From NCBI GenBank assembly GCA_002633005.1, contig NMRA01000846.1:35317-99316 (forward strand): 64,000 nucleotides of DNA, read 5' to 3'. The stretch's first letter is position 1; each line of letters opens with the position of its first letter. The position numbers were made by a program, and so were the translations under genes. Shown here piece by piece: positions 30,220 to 43,545 of the stretch. Under the pieces are notes generated by a model. That model searched no databases and was not told where the DNA came from. It saw nothing but the letters and a program-made list of their open reading frames with translations. This DNA is from Phoronis australis. Its lineage: Eukaryota; Animalia; Phoronida.

Positions 30220-33200
30220 TTCAACCAGGGGACCATAAAAACCAAGAAAACGACGTAAACAATAAGCCAAGAGGGGCCATCTTTCATCAATTCTGAAGGA
30301 TAATAAACTTTTTAACGTTATAGTAATAACTTCCTTTCAAACGTGGCAAACAAGGTGTGGAGCTATTAAGTTTTTGCTTCATTAAAGTTGTTAGACCCGA
30401 GTTTGGCGAATAAAATGGCTAAAATTCAAATTAAAACGAATTTGCGTGTGTCAAAACGAATCACGACCTTTCAGGCGAGTCTCTTTGCATTCTCTGACAA
30501 TAATCAAGAAAAGAGAATCATGGTCCCCCGAAAAACACAGAACATTGTCAATCAACTGCCAATGACCTCAACTTGGAACTCCGCTAAGTGCATGGTGACT
30601 GGCTTGCAGATGGAAAAGTGGAATCGGGAGGAGCTGGACGTGAAAAAGAATTTGCCGAGGTTTCATTGGTAAACTTAGCTATTTGATAAAACCCATGCAA
30701 ATTGGTTGTTCGTGGTCGTATGACCGGTCTAATTTTCTCCAACTTCATTAGTTCGATTAAAGTACACAAGTACGTTGCAAAAATTAAAACTTCGTAAAAA
30801 ATCTTGAAAAATTTCAATTCCAAAAAATAAAGAGCAATCGGAAAAGGGAATGACAAAGATTCGTTAACTTTAGGTGGCGTGGATATTAAGATAATTCCCT
30901 ACGTGTTAAAGGATGCCAACATTTTGAGCCAGTTTCTTTATGAGTTGATCTGCGTGTCTTATGATTTCAAGATTTGGGTAAAATGGGACCTAAGAACTTT
31001 ATCTCTTCAACAGTCTTGCGTGGAACCATCAATACAAAGAGATAATTTGTCTTTTTTGAATTTTCGGGTTCCATAAAGCATGAACTTAGGGGTTTGTGTA
31101 GTTTGAGGTGACAAGTTACAGACATTGGCGGATTTAGAGAGGCCCAAAGGGGCCATGATTCCGTAAAATTATCCCTTAAGTGTTGTAAATAAGTGGTCAC
31201 AAGTGAGATGTAAAATTCAACGCACAGATGGTTAATGACTTTTATATAAGGCAAAAATCTTCGTTGTTTTTAAGTTAACGTGCGCGGATGTATGTTAAGC
31301 CACAGCTGACAGCTGTTGCAGATAGGGGCCTATTCCTGTAAGCATTCTGTCTAGGCCGGAGAAACCGCAATGCCAGCAATCGTAAACTAGGCTGTCATGG
31401 CGTGAAAACATACCAGTTCCGCTCCACAGCAACATAGGCCATTCCGTTATGCCTACTGCAGGGGGGGCACTGACATAGATGGAGTTTATCGGGCAGATAA
31501 GTGTTTGTCATGACCAGGGTTACTTGCGAAAGGGGACCTTTCCCGATATTACTTACGAAAGGGTTAGAAATTTACAAAAGGGTAACACTTTATAACAGAT
31601 ATCCACCGAAGGATCTTATATTCTGCGTGTGTTTGTAGGGCTAAAATACGGTTCTTAGAAGAGCACTTCTTTAATTTAAATCAACCAAATAAACGTAGCC
31701 TTTGATGGGTGGGCGATTATGTTATGTGCACAAACCTCTATGAATGTGAAATTGTAAAGATTTAATGAGAGCTTCATGCATGCATCCGGCCTTTTATTCG
31801 TGCCAAATCGATTTTCTCCAAGGGGTCCCACTAAGCAAGGTCCCGCCACGCGGGCTCTGATGTCAGATAGACATTGGGCTCCACAACCAAAAATTATATT
31901 TTCCGTCACATTGCACTGCAGGGATACCAGAGGATGCCGTCGGGCATTCAGAGGTTGGGAGGTCATTGTGAACAATGGCGATATGTTCTTTTCCATCTGA
32001 GTCCGCTAGACACCAGTCAGATGCCCGAACGGCCCTGTCCAGGGAGCAAAGTGGAATTCATTAGGGCAGGCGTTACTTCTAAAGCTCCGTCGGCAGCTGA
32101 GAAGATTCCCTGACTAGTTCAGCGCGAATTACAACCGACATCTTTTCGACAACCAACATCATCGGAACGTCAAAAATTTGCCTGAGGCTCATCTGAACTC
32201 CAGCAGATGCCCTGTTGGTGTTTTTATGATTAAGTCACGGCCCAGATCCGGCCAATATATCAATGTTTCAACCGAGCCTCGACTTGAATTAAAGTGTGAA
32301 ACAAAATGACACAGTTCTGGCAGAATCCACGCGTTGGGAGACTAGTGCAAGAGTACTCGGGAAGACGTGGGTATGGAAATGTGACTGGCGGTTTAGTAAA
32401 TTAACTTTTAGTCGTCGCTATGACAAGTTACCCAGTGAGAATTGTCTGGTTTGGTGCAACCACAATGTAGCATCTTCCGTGACTCCACTCACAAGATGGC
32501 GTTGCGACCAAATCAGATGCCGTGGACGACAACAGCACTACATCAACTCGAATCTGTTCCGAATTGCTCACATAAAGATGAAAATTAGTTCCCAAGGCGA
32601 AGTAGCTGGTTAGTAGTTCCTCATTATTAATTACTGTGAGACAATTAGGCGAGAAAATCGGGTGGCTGATGCTGCCATCCCCAGGGCAGCGGCCAGCATA
32701 TCGGACAGCATTCAGTTGTCCATTGGCTGTGACCAAGTACATTGTTCTGTCTGAACCGCACAAAAACCAACCGGTAGAGGATGATCGTGACTCATCTCCC
32801 TATAGCTTTAATTGTGTCATAGTCAAAGATTCTATTCACGACTTTACTGACAGTTCGCTTTGATAGCTTGAAATCTAGTGGCTACTTAATTGAAATCAAT
32901 TTCTATAAGTTGCCTTGTCACGTGGTGTCGTTTTATGCACCGCGCATGATTTACGAGCTGTACGTTTTTTTTCAAATCCAAAACTCACTGAACTCACTGA
33001 GCAAAGAATAACTTGAGAACAGTGCGCATCTTGGACGGAACGCGGGTTCATAATCGTTTTAATGACGGGACACTTTCAGGAACTAATTCGCGTGGTGGCG
33101 CTGCGATCACGTCAGGCACAAGTCGTCCGCCAGCCATGACTTACGGACAGAGATTAGTTCTAAAGCATTGCAGTGCACTACGCGTCCCTTAGGCGACACA

Positions 33201-34180
33201 GTTAGGCGGACGTGATTATGATTTTGTGTGGCTTTCCAATATGCCTGTTTTCATTAGGAAACTGGAAAGGCTACTAAACTTTCATGATCTAGCAGCAGGC
33301 CTATGTGTTCATTAAGGAGAAAGTTGCGAAGCCTTTGGTAAGCAGGGCAATGTTGAGGAACGCTAACGCGCCGTATTAAAGAATAAAGAGTTCCACCCCA
33401 AACATGAAATAAAACAATGGTTTTCAAAGATGCGTGTGCCTTTAACTTCAAACGATGTAAACCGAAGAAGGTTAATTGAATTATTCCAACGATAACATAA
33501 TTTTCATTAAGCGTACGTTATTCTCTTTGAGGATTACTTTCATTCGACAAAAAATATCCTATTACGCCACAAAATTTAATTATCTCTATCTCGGAATGTG
33601 TGCATATTTTGTGATGCACATAATTTGACAGATAACACTCGAAGATGTCGAGCAAAACCTTATTACGAACGAATTACAAGTGATTAGGATACCTTACAAC
33701 AATTCAAGGCGAAGAAGTCGTCTTAAAAAGGTCGATATTATTCAATTACTCTGAATAACCGCCAGAGTCAATCCATTTTTGACAACTTTCTAAGACCACC
33801 AAGACTTCTTGAGACTTTTGCGGTCAGCGCTTAAAGAACTTAGGCGTTATTTCATGAAAGACATGTAAGTGCTTCTTTTCAGGACAGGTAATAAGTTAGT
33901 TGGTTGTCAACTAAAAACCAAAAGCTGCTTTACCTGGTGATAAAATGTATGAGGGAATGGGAGTCAAATAGTTGGCTTCCATCTAACAACGAGTGACTGG
34001 GCCACCTGGTGGTGAAATGGAAACCGAACACCGACTGATAGGAACTTAAGGTGGTTGCCTAAACGATTGCAGAGAGTGAAAAGGATAGTAATCAGGAATC
34101 CCGATCAATGAGTTAGGTGTTGGCAACTTAGAATCAATAACTGTCCCACCTTGTGCTGAAAAGATAACGACCACAGAGGC

Positions 34181-34323
34181 CAGCCTCCCGTTCAGTAACG
34201 CTAGGACCTCGCTGAGAAGCAAGACTTCGCGAGATTACGTGAGATATTGCCGTGCATCCTAAACGACATCACGTGACTTTGGCAAGATTTTAGTTAGGTC
34301 CTAGCGTACTGAACGCACGCCTG
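34181..34323 (+). mobile_element. ~145-bp dispersed MITE, copy 2
   Basis: cagcctcccgttcagtaacgctaggacct ... aggtcctagcgtactgaacgcacgcctg. Confidence 0.8.
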
Positions 34324-34654
34324 AGAGTAAGCTAGTTGGTTGCCAATCAAAAACCAGTAGTTGCTCCACCTGGTGGTGAAATGTATATTGATCCAAAGGT
34401 TAGTTAAATGGTTGTCATCTAACAGCCAATAACGTGTCCATCTGCGGATGAAACGAAAAATGAACATAACAATTTAATACGAATTAATTGGTTGTCATCT
34501 AACAACCAATAACTTCTCGTGGTGAATTGTCTAATATGAGAGTGAGATCTTCAGTGAGACAGTTGGTGGGCATCTAAGAACCAATGGTTAGTCCATCTAG
34601 TGACGAAGTGTACAATTAAAAGTGAAGGTTTCTATGAGTTTGATGGTTGCCCTG

Positions 34655-35075
34655 TTGTGCGTGAACTTGGAATCCTGCTTAATCTCAAGATCAAACAGAA
34701 GTGAGTGTTGCGTAAATGGAATTGAATATTCTTTAAGGCAAAAAGGTGAAAAGAGTTTTGTAATTATTGTCCTCGCGATCAAACATTTTCTCCTTTCCTT
34801 TACCGCAACTTGTGTAGCTGAACCGGAGGAATATGTGAATGGATAAATCGATTATTGTTTGGTGAAACTGATCGCCCGAAGTTGAAAAGGTTGGTTAAAA
34901 TTGACATTATTTTATTCAAATGTAACTTGATTTAGTACAGTGCAAATTTTTATGAACATGATTGAACGTGATTATATGAGTGAACTTGTCAAATTGCCTC
35001 GCGTATTCCAAGTCCACGCAACACCCACTTCTGCTTAATCTCAAGATTAAGCAAGATTCCAAGTTCACGTACTGT
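34655..35075. mobile_element. MITE with ~53-bp TIRs
   Basis: gtgaacttggaatcctgcttaatctcaagatcaaacagaagtgagtgttgcgt pairs with acgcaacacccacttctgcttaatctcaagattaagcaagattccaagttcac. Confidence 0.75.
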
Positions 35076-37480
35076 ACAGCAGTCCAGCCTCGTCTGTTGG
35101 TTGTCACCTGACAACCAATTGCTGCTCCATCTGGTGGTGAAGCTTGTAATGAGAAGTGAGACTCACTTTTGGACTGCAGTTGTTATCTAACAGCCAATAA
35201 CAGTTCCGACTGCTTATGAAATTTGATCAGGGGCAAAGCCGTTAGTTAATTGCCTGTCAACTATAAGAAATAGTTGTTCCATCTTGTTGAATAGTTTCTT
35301 AAGCAATGCTTAACTATATATTCCCTAATGTTAGATAATAGCTGCTATATTGTGTCACTAGAAGAGACGCTGATGGTTCACAATGATCACAAACTGTAAA
35401 CAAATGCTATTGATGAGAGTTGTTCCTATGCAATCACTCGAAAGTAAGCTACACTACGGTGATTAGCAATTATTTCCAACTGAGAACGGAATATTAAAAG
35501 GAATGAATGGTGGTCAAAGGATTTCAAATTATAACTAAATACTGTGCGATTGACGGCATTTAGTGCACTTGAATGTCTGGAAATAGGGTCCCAACGCTCA
35601 CATGTTGATTATCAATATTTTCAAATGAGAGATTTTCAAAAGAGCCAGTAGGTTGATTGATGTTGGTTGAGATCTTTAATCTTATCCCTGAATACTGAAA
35701 TAGAACAACAATTAACCTTTTACAATTTACATCATGAAAAATTATCTGTCTATTTCAACTCGCATGAACCTCCGTCAAGATTTCGTCACTGCACGTACAT
35801 GTAGACGGTTTTTTAGTTTCCCTTTGTGTTGATATTTTGGTTATCATGCAAGATTCAACTAGAACGGTTTAGTCAAACCTCGAGCATCAAACTATACAAC
35901 TTTTCTGTCTTTTTCCCAAAATGTATTACTCATAAAGGAAAATTATTTTCTTAGAAAGGCCGCGGTTGCATTTCTTTTTCTTTCGCTCAGAATTCTGAAA
36001 CATGAGCTAATTTAAGAAGAAAGTGACCTTTCAAGACCCGACTGATCGCTATATGATTTCGTCCGATTGCCGAGCATATCTCACTGAGGTAGTCAACGTT
36101 AGTCAAGCGTATTTGTTTGCCCAACTACATGACCCATTACATGGGATTCAGCACAACCTGTTTCGTTTAAATTTATCGCTCTCATGCCTAGGGCAAATGT
36201 CCTGAGCTAAAGGTACACCGTCACCCGTTTGTCAAACGTTTAGTGCGCGAACACACCCTTATGTTAGGCGCAGGACATTTAATGTTACTGTAAATTTAGT
36301 TTTATCCTCCGGCTTGATCCTAACATTTGCTAACTGATCATATAGGTGCCAACACCTGATTTTCTACGACTGGGCGTAGTGGAATCAGGACAATAATCAG
36401 AAAAGCTAGAAAAGATTTGTTTGTTTGTTTGTTTGTTTTGTCTCTTGCTGGTGATATTTACCGATACTGACTCTGAGACGGACACGCCATAGTAAGAACG
36501 TGCGACGTAAATTATGAAAAATAAGAGTAATTCTAGCTAAAATAACTATACCGTATTTACATTCATTATCATTTCAATATGGTGCAGGACTGGGCATTTT
36601 GCTTGTTATTCAGTCTTGGCCCACATTGAAACTGGTAGTCATTTCCTTGCCACAAACAAATAGACTGTGGATAGGAACTTCTACAAATCACCATTCCTGC
36701 ACATTCAGACTCTTCAACAATCCACTAATAAAGGGTGTGTTCATCCCCATGTTGTTTCTGCGTAATTCATTTTTACACCAACTTTTGTATGAACAGTTTA
36801 TGCATATTTTTAATCAAAATGAACACGAATGATGTACGTAACCTTTATATGACATCTGTAGATGTTAGTTCCACTAAAAAACAACAGGTGATACTTTATG
36901 TTCCGCCTTCTGGTGTTGCTTATTTCACTTCTGAAAATGGATTACCATTGACCGGTATATTTAATTCCTCCAGTACTGCTTTTCTATAAATATATAACCC
37001 CAGTTACACCAGATTACGACATACGTGTGCAGGATGCTTTGCTTATACGAAGGTGCAAAATCTCCTGAAGTGACCTTCACTTAATAACGGGTATATGTTT
37101 TTGGTCGTATGTGCTGGTGTTCGATCTTACTGTTTTGTCCAAACTATGACGTCCACAGATAATGGCAAGGCAATAAATTAACGGCATATTCATTTCTTCA
37201 TGTTTGTCCGTTATACGTTTTTACACAGATGTTAGCGAACAATCGGTGGGCTAAGAATTTGCCAGTCTAGGAAATTCGCTGCTTAACATAATTATCTGAA
37301 TCCCCAAGCATCGTTTTTATGAATTCCCGTAAATTGTAATAACGGCTAACATAAGCCAGGACTAACAGCATTGCTCCGAGCTCCGTGTGAAGAAATTCTA
37401 AATAATCATAGGCACCTTCCCGGGGATTGAGTGGTGGCATCTGTGGCTTTTTACATGTGCAAAATGTCTTCTCTTTGGTC

Positions 37481-37795
37481 ACATTCCACTGACCACCAGG
37501 TGGGGCTGCTATTAATTGTTGAATGTCAACCAAATCCAACTCACTGACTGCGTGTCCCTCTGATGATTTTACAATCACCGGTTGTTAGTTGCTCTACCTT
37601 CTGGACAAATTACATAGCGATAAGAGGAACACAAAGTTGGATACAGGCACATGGTGGTGAAATGTAAACTGATGAGAGTAACAGACAGTGAGTTGGTTGA
37701 TTGTCATCTAACTACCAATAGCTTCTCCATGTAATGGTCAAATTGTGAAACGGTTCGAGGCATAGAGTTAGTTGGTTGTCGTCCAACAACCCAGT
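37481..37795. repeat. Second patch of the palindrome plus CCACCTGGTGG repeat; first unit inverted
   Basis: ccaccaggtggggctgctatt...tcaaccaa at 37493-37532 is the reverse complement of the unit; forward units follow to ~37795. Confidence 0.7.
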
Positions 37796-37849
37796 TATGC
37801 TGATCATTTAACACCTGCAGGAGACCATCCCGAACGGGTGAGTAACCAA

Positions 37850-38935
37850 AGTGCCGGTGAAAGACATGCTTTTCAAAAAGATAGGGTTACCCTCCTGTGT
37901 CGGACAAGGGAAACAGGTATAGCCTGGCCGTTGATTTCGTTAGCAGACGGCCCGAACCTGTGGCGCTACCTTAAATAGAAACAAAGCGCAGTAAAATTTG
38001 AGTTCCCGAGAGAGGTCGTGAGTGATCACTTTACAACGGAGCTGATGAAGCAGCATGAGTCAGCTGGCTTGTGAGTGTATGTACAGCAGCCTTATACGAC
38101 CGCTGACAACTCCTGTCGTAACGGGCTATGTGAGAAAATCAACGGTGTATTGAAAAATCATGCTGAGAACGAATGCGTCAAAAATACCAAGAGAACGGTA
38201 CCTGCCAGCCACCACCTTCGCTTAGTGGGAAGTTCTGCTGTCAAGCAGTGCACTCCCCGGCCCCCATCCCCCTAGTTGCTTTAAACTGGAGGTCCTGCGT
38301 AGACCCTGAAACAGCTCTGGACTGGGGACGACAACGACGAGGCCCTTACGTACCGGGCAGCATGTCCTTGAGTTCAGGAAACCACGTGGAGGAAACGTGC
38401 GAAAAGCATAGCTAATGCTCAAGATCAACAAAAGCATTACTACGATCACAAGAAGGTCAAAGGCAGTTTCGAATGGGACTGGGTGTGGTGGTGTTCCTTG
38501 GCAGACCACGGCAAGCCAACTACTCTGTAGTGTAAGGAACCGTGCGTAGTTACGGGAGTTGTCAACCGTATAGAACATGTTCAACGTGAACTGCAAGATT
38601 AAGACCTTCCATTGAAATCTATCGAAGGTGCATCACAAACGTGAGACTAACAACACAGGATCGAACTCAAATATCAAGTGATCGGCGCTGTGTTGAACTT
38701 GATTGGGGAGCGAAAGACTGAAGAAGCAACCGAACGCTTCATGGCCCTTAGACTAGAAGGCCAGATAATGATCTTAACCTGTACAATCCTTCGACACCAT
38801 AACAACATATGCTATATCACCATAAGCAGGCACCTGGCCCAACTCCTTCACGACTACAGAGGTACCGTTACAAATCAGCCCTTAGTTTTAGAAATCTATG
38901 TAGCCATGCACGCTACTGAGTTGACGACAGAACAG
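37850..38935 (+). mobile_element. Decayed Ty3/Gypsy retrotransposon pol fragment (integrase followed by pre-RT region)
   Basis: Frameshifted pieces FPREVVSD, FTTELMKQ, TTADNSCRNGLCEKINGVLK, VEETC and NAQDQQKHYYD match Gypsy integrase patterns (GxPxEIxSDxG, TTPYHPxxNGLxExxNxTLK, QKxYYD); then QLLHDY..VTNQP..H..ELTT. Confidence 0.8.
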
Positions 38936-39434
38936 AATGAGGCCGCGTCAGATGTTTTACACTACACAGGAAAGAAAATGCAGTAGCTCTCTTGTGTTGC
39001 CACCTACCGGCATTTTTGAATCAGTCAACAAGTGTCACCATTGCCAATGAAAGTGGCATTAGAGTTCATCATAGGTCAAGGCTTATCAAGAATGGCTGGA
39101 ACATTAAAACAAACATTACGGCGGACATTTTGTCTTCGGGATAGACTTGTGAACGGTCGGTATAGGTTCATAAAACCATTTAACAAGCCCGTAGGAAGGA
39201 AAAAATTATTGGGGGCACAAACCAATTTGACTTCGCCAACTTACACCCTTGCTATCGTCATCCCCCCCTCCCCCGATTTCTGGATGTCACCATATTTGTA
39301 CCTAACAAAAAATGTACACACGTCTGGAGTTCAAATTCAGTTCTCGTGAGTAACAGATTCTAAGCTGGCCTATTGCATGGTTACACCGTATTTTTAACTT
39401 GGGTGTAGCTGTCATGACGTGCTCCGTGCATGCG

Positions 39435-40706
39435 CGCACCTGGGGGGGGGGAGCTTGATGGCAAAGTGTGCAAAAAGGTCCGTCTCAGAGAAACAAAAAA
39501 CTGCGAAAAACGAGAAAGAAGTCCACTAAAAAGGCAGGATTCGGCGTATGTGCAATTCATAGGCCTGAACGAACCCGGTATTCGTTTTTATAGTAAAAGG
39601 TCCACATCCTCAAAAATTCGAGCCTCCCCCCTATATTTTAGGCTGGGTGCGCGTATGCCGTGTGTGTAGTATGCACGGAAAATGCAAGCAAACGATTCAG
39701 TTTTGAAGAACAAAAATTCATTGCGCAATACCAGTGGAAACCAAAAACATCAAGACAACCTTTCCAAGTTGATGACTAATAAGTTTGTTTTTATTTATTT
39801 AAGTACTTAAATTTCGTTTTCGATCTACGGTTTGTAGACTCAGGCCCAGTAATCTAGTTCCTAAGCCAAAAAACAATTTATTGTCATTTGAATTGTGAGA
39901 ATATTTTAGGACACATTGTCGGAGTTGTCCGAAATTCATCAATTTCCTTGAGACTTATTTCAGATAGACAAAAATCGTTTAGTGTATTTTTATGTGGAGA
40001 TCTGGGAATTTTCCCAAAGTCGGCCTGCAATTAAGTTCATTGAAGTATTGTCATTTCTTACAAGATTAGNCGCACCTGGGGGGGGGGAGCTTGATGGCAA
40101 AGTGTGCAAAAAGGTCCGTCTCAGAGAAACAAAAAAACTGCGAAAAACGAGAAAGAAGTCCACTAAAAAGGCAGGATTCGGCGTATGTGCAATTCATAGG
40201 CCTGAACGAACCCGGTATTCGTTTTTATAGTAAAAGGTCCACATCCTCAAAAATTCGAGCCTCCGCCCTATATTTTAGGCTGGGTGCGCGTATGCCGTGT
40301 GTGTAGTATGCACGGAAAATGCAAGCAAACGATTCAGTTTTGAAGAACAAAAATGCATTGCGCAATACCAGTGGAAACCAAAAACATCAAGACAACCTTT
40401 CCAAGTTGATGACTAATAAATTTGTTTTTATTTATTTAAGTACTTAAATTTCGTTTTCGATCTACGGTTTGTAGACTCAGGCCCAGTAATCTAGTTCCTA
40501 AGCCAAAAAACAATTTATTGTCATTTGAATTGTGAGAATATTTTAGGACACATTGTCGGAGTTGTCCGAAATTCATCAATTTCCTTGAGACTTATTTCAG
40601 ATAGACAAAAATCGTTTAGTGTATTTTTATGTGGAGATCTGGGAATTTTCCCAAAGTCGGCCTGCAATTAAGTTCATTGAAGTATTGTCATTTCTTACAA
40701 GATTAG
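39435..40706. repeat. Near-identical tandem duplication (39435-40069 and 40071-40706) around a single N; probable haplotype artefact
   Basis: Copies of 635 and 636 nt differing by a few substitutions and one A-run; N at 40070. Confidence 0.9.
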
Positions 40707-42792
40707 CTTCTAATTGTCAAAAAATCATCTCTCATTGAGTCCATTTTCGTAGATACATAAACATGTATATCAGAAACCAACAATCAAATCCATGAGCAAT
40801 GCGTTTACCTCGATTTAATGACTTTAATTCCTTTTTGATTCCCTGGTAGTGACTTTAAACAACAAATCTTGTATCGAAGTCAAAAAGCAATGCACTTTAC
40901 TATTTGGGGATCGGATTATAGTTTTTTCCATATTCAGGCTTCAACTAAATTCTCTGAATCGTCATAATTTCTAAAAGATTAGCTTCTAATTGCCAAAAAT
41001 CCCCTATTAACCTGTCAGTTTTCGTAGATACATAAACACGTAAATCAGAAACGGAATGTTATAAGCAATTCCGCAGGCATGCTCGCAGATTTTTGATGGG
41101 TAACCCGGGGAAATGGGAGATTTGGGATTCATAGTAAGGTGTACCTTTGCTCTTTCCAAGGTACCTATAACGGTTCGCGAGTTTAACTTGACTTAACTGA
41201 AATATTTGTTTATTGTTGCGAGTACTTGGGTACACTCGTTCGACATGTACACGGTCACCCCAATGGTAACCTCGACAGCAGTGTTTTCCACATGTGGGAA
41301 TTCCTAACAAACAACTCATAGTAACCATCTTCAAAAGAAATGCTATTCTTGTGATAATATGGGAAACGGTAACATTATTTTATAACTAACCATTGGAAAT
41401 AGTCCTTTTGTGTAATTAACAAACAGCGGTCTTCACGTTCTTTAAAATTCCTGACTCCCTTTCGATGGCGGTAAATATTATTGTATTTTTTCACATTTTT
41501 TGGTTGTCTGGATCGAATGTCTTGATATTGCTCTGGTGTGCACGAATGTTTTGAGTTTTTTGATGAATTTCGAATCATAACTTCCCTCGTGAATACTTGG
41601 CAGTGTCGGATTTACTTGTATAGAGGGACAAAGGCACATTTCTCCCAACTGCTCCACCGAGAGAGGGTCGCGTCTGAAATGGGACACGTTATTATGAAAA
41701 GCTAAACATCATTAAGCTTGGAAAAGAGTAACAGTTCATTCCACCGTCGTGTGGTCAGACAACGGTGCAGGAAGTGACCTTCTTCAACATGAAAGTTGGT
41801 TGCACGATTTCACAAAAAACAGGAAAATAGACGTAATCGAGTCCAAAACTGGGTATTCTCTCCGTGACCTTACCCTTAAGAATTTTTCAATAGAAACATA
41901 AACACTGTGGCCACTTGAATGCCATCAATGGCCTCCTTCAGACGTGGCACCCCTCTATGTGAAAATTTCTATATTTTTAAGAATCAAGAAATGTGCAGCA
42001 ATTGATTATATCCGTCAGGTCATCAATTTTTCTCAAGTGATATGCAATTCGAGAAAAGAAAGCGACAGTTGTCTCCGTTATCCCTTGCCAGAGAGGGGCC
42101 TCTGGAAAAATATGGTTTTGCAGTCGAAAAATTGACTTACTGAATTTAAAAATCCAGTAAATTAATATTCTCCGCAAAAGCTTCGCTTTACAAATTTTTT
42201 CGATTTTTCGAAATATATGCATGGATCATTACGTGCACGTTTCCAAGAGCATTTAGACGACCTGTGCTGCGAAAGCGGAGACCCCAACAACAATGTCCTG
42301 GCCAGATTTCTCAAAAGGTAAACCATGCACTGAGTTTTTAAATGTCCCCTTGAGTTTTCTCTCTTATCTGCATTTAGCAGTCTTTCTTTTCTCGACTGTC
42401 CCCTCCCCACGCGTACGTCGGTTGCCTCGGTTTAACCCTGACGCCTGAAATTTTTTTGGGGGTGTGCATCTTTAATTAAAATAATTTAAAGACTTGTTCT
42501 TCATGGTATTGAGGGTTAACTAACAGTCCTGACCTGAGCGTTGCTAACCTTGCAAGTTACGGAATTTTTACGGACGTCATCGACATCATAAAATGCACTT
42601 CAAAATTAAGCGTAATATGCAGTTCTCAGAAAGAATGTGACAATCCAAAATATTTCGATAATGGTAATCTTTTCATAATCCAGTCGATATCTAATATTGT
42701 TTTAATAGGCCTTACTCTCTCGTCCACTTGCATGGGAAACACAAATTGTGGTGAGCTCAAGTATCATATGTTGTTTTCCGTATGTAAGTCAC

Positions 42793-43049
42793 CAAAATTT
42801 CTGTAATGTTACTGAATGTTTTGGGAGCCGACAACCGTCCCTTAATGCATTTAAGAAACGACAGGAACGCCCTAAATGAAATTTTGGACGAAACGGGGGA
42901 CCTACACATTTGTACTCGATTCCTGATCCGTGATTGGTTAAGTTTCAAGTCCGACTTAGTAGAGTCTAGAGTCCCTGGACCCTGAAGCAGCAGCATAGAA
43001 TAATCCAAACAACTACTAATACCGGTACACAAGGGGTTGATATCCTCAT
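42793..43049 (-). CDS. Candidate first coding exon of the GPCR (signal peptide MRISTPCVPVLVVVWIILCCCFRVQG), with an apparent 1-nt frameshift near 42973-42975
   Basis: ATG at 43049, hydrophobic core and V-Q-G cleavage-type site, then TAG. Adding one G moves into a frame open to donors T|gtaggt (42906, phase 1) or TTG|gtgact (42793, phase 0). Confidence 0.4.
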
Positions 43050-43409
43050 TTTTCGTGCAGACCGCAGTCGTGAAAATTTTTGCACGAAACTTAGAATTTC
43101 TGTTTTTTTCATTTTATTAGCTACAAAAGTGTTTCTGTGATTTCTTTTAAGGTTTTTAGCCGGACAATTCAAAAGTAATTCGAAGACTCGCAAAAGTTTC
43201 ACGGAATGATTGTCTTAATTTTTGACAGCTTAGTTCTCGAGCAAAAATTGTTTAAAAGTAAATCCATTAGTAGAGTTCCCATGTTTTTCACAATCACAGA
43301 AATCTCGCAGGAATATTTTACAGGAATTATTTCCACATATCTGTTGCGTCTCCAAGCAATCGAGAATCACAACAAGTTCTGACGCCCCTATCGGCAAGCC
43401 TTGAGAGAC

Positions 43410-43545
43410 CTGCCTCCAGTTCAGTAACGCTAGGACCTAGTTAAAAAGCAAGACTTCGCTAGATTACGTGAGCTATCCTTCTGTATTTTTAATTAGAACA
43501 CGTGACTTTGGCTAGATTTTAGCTAGAACCTAGCGTAGGACTGAA
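43410..43545 (+). mobile_element. ~145-bp dispersed MITE, copy 3
   Basis: gttcagtaacgctaggacct..aaaagcaagacttcgc.agattacgtgag..cacgtgactttggctagattttagctag shared with 34181. Confidence 0.78.

Larger units (their letters stand above)
33895..35295. repeat. Degenerate ~72-80-bp tandem array (palindrome TTGGTTGTCAnCTAACAACCAA plus GCTCCACCTGGTGGTGAAATG), interrupted by two MITEs
   Basis: Units start near 33900, 33972, 34114, 34336, 34408, 34488, 34563, 35097, 35179 and 35248. Confidence 0.8.

Noticed and set aside
33895-35295. CRISPR array
   Set aside because: Repeats are highly degenerate, the context is a eukaryotic intron and there are no cas genes
39430-40306. Pair of near-identical ORFs suggesting tandem genes
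   Set aside because: They fall in the N-joined duplication and show no protein family features
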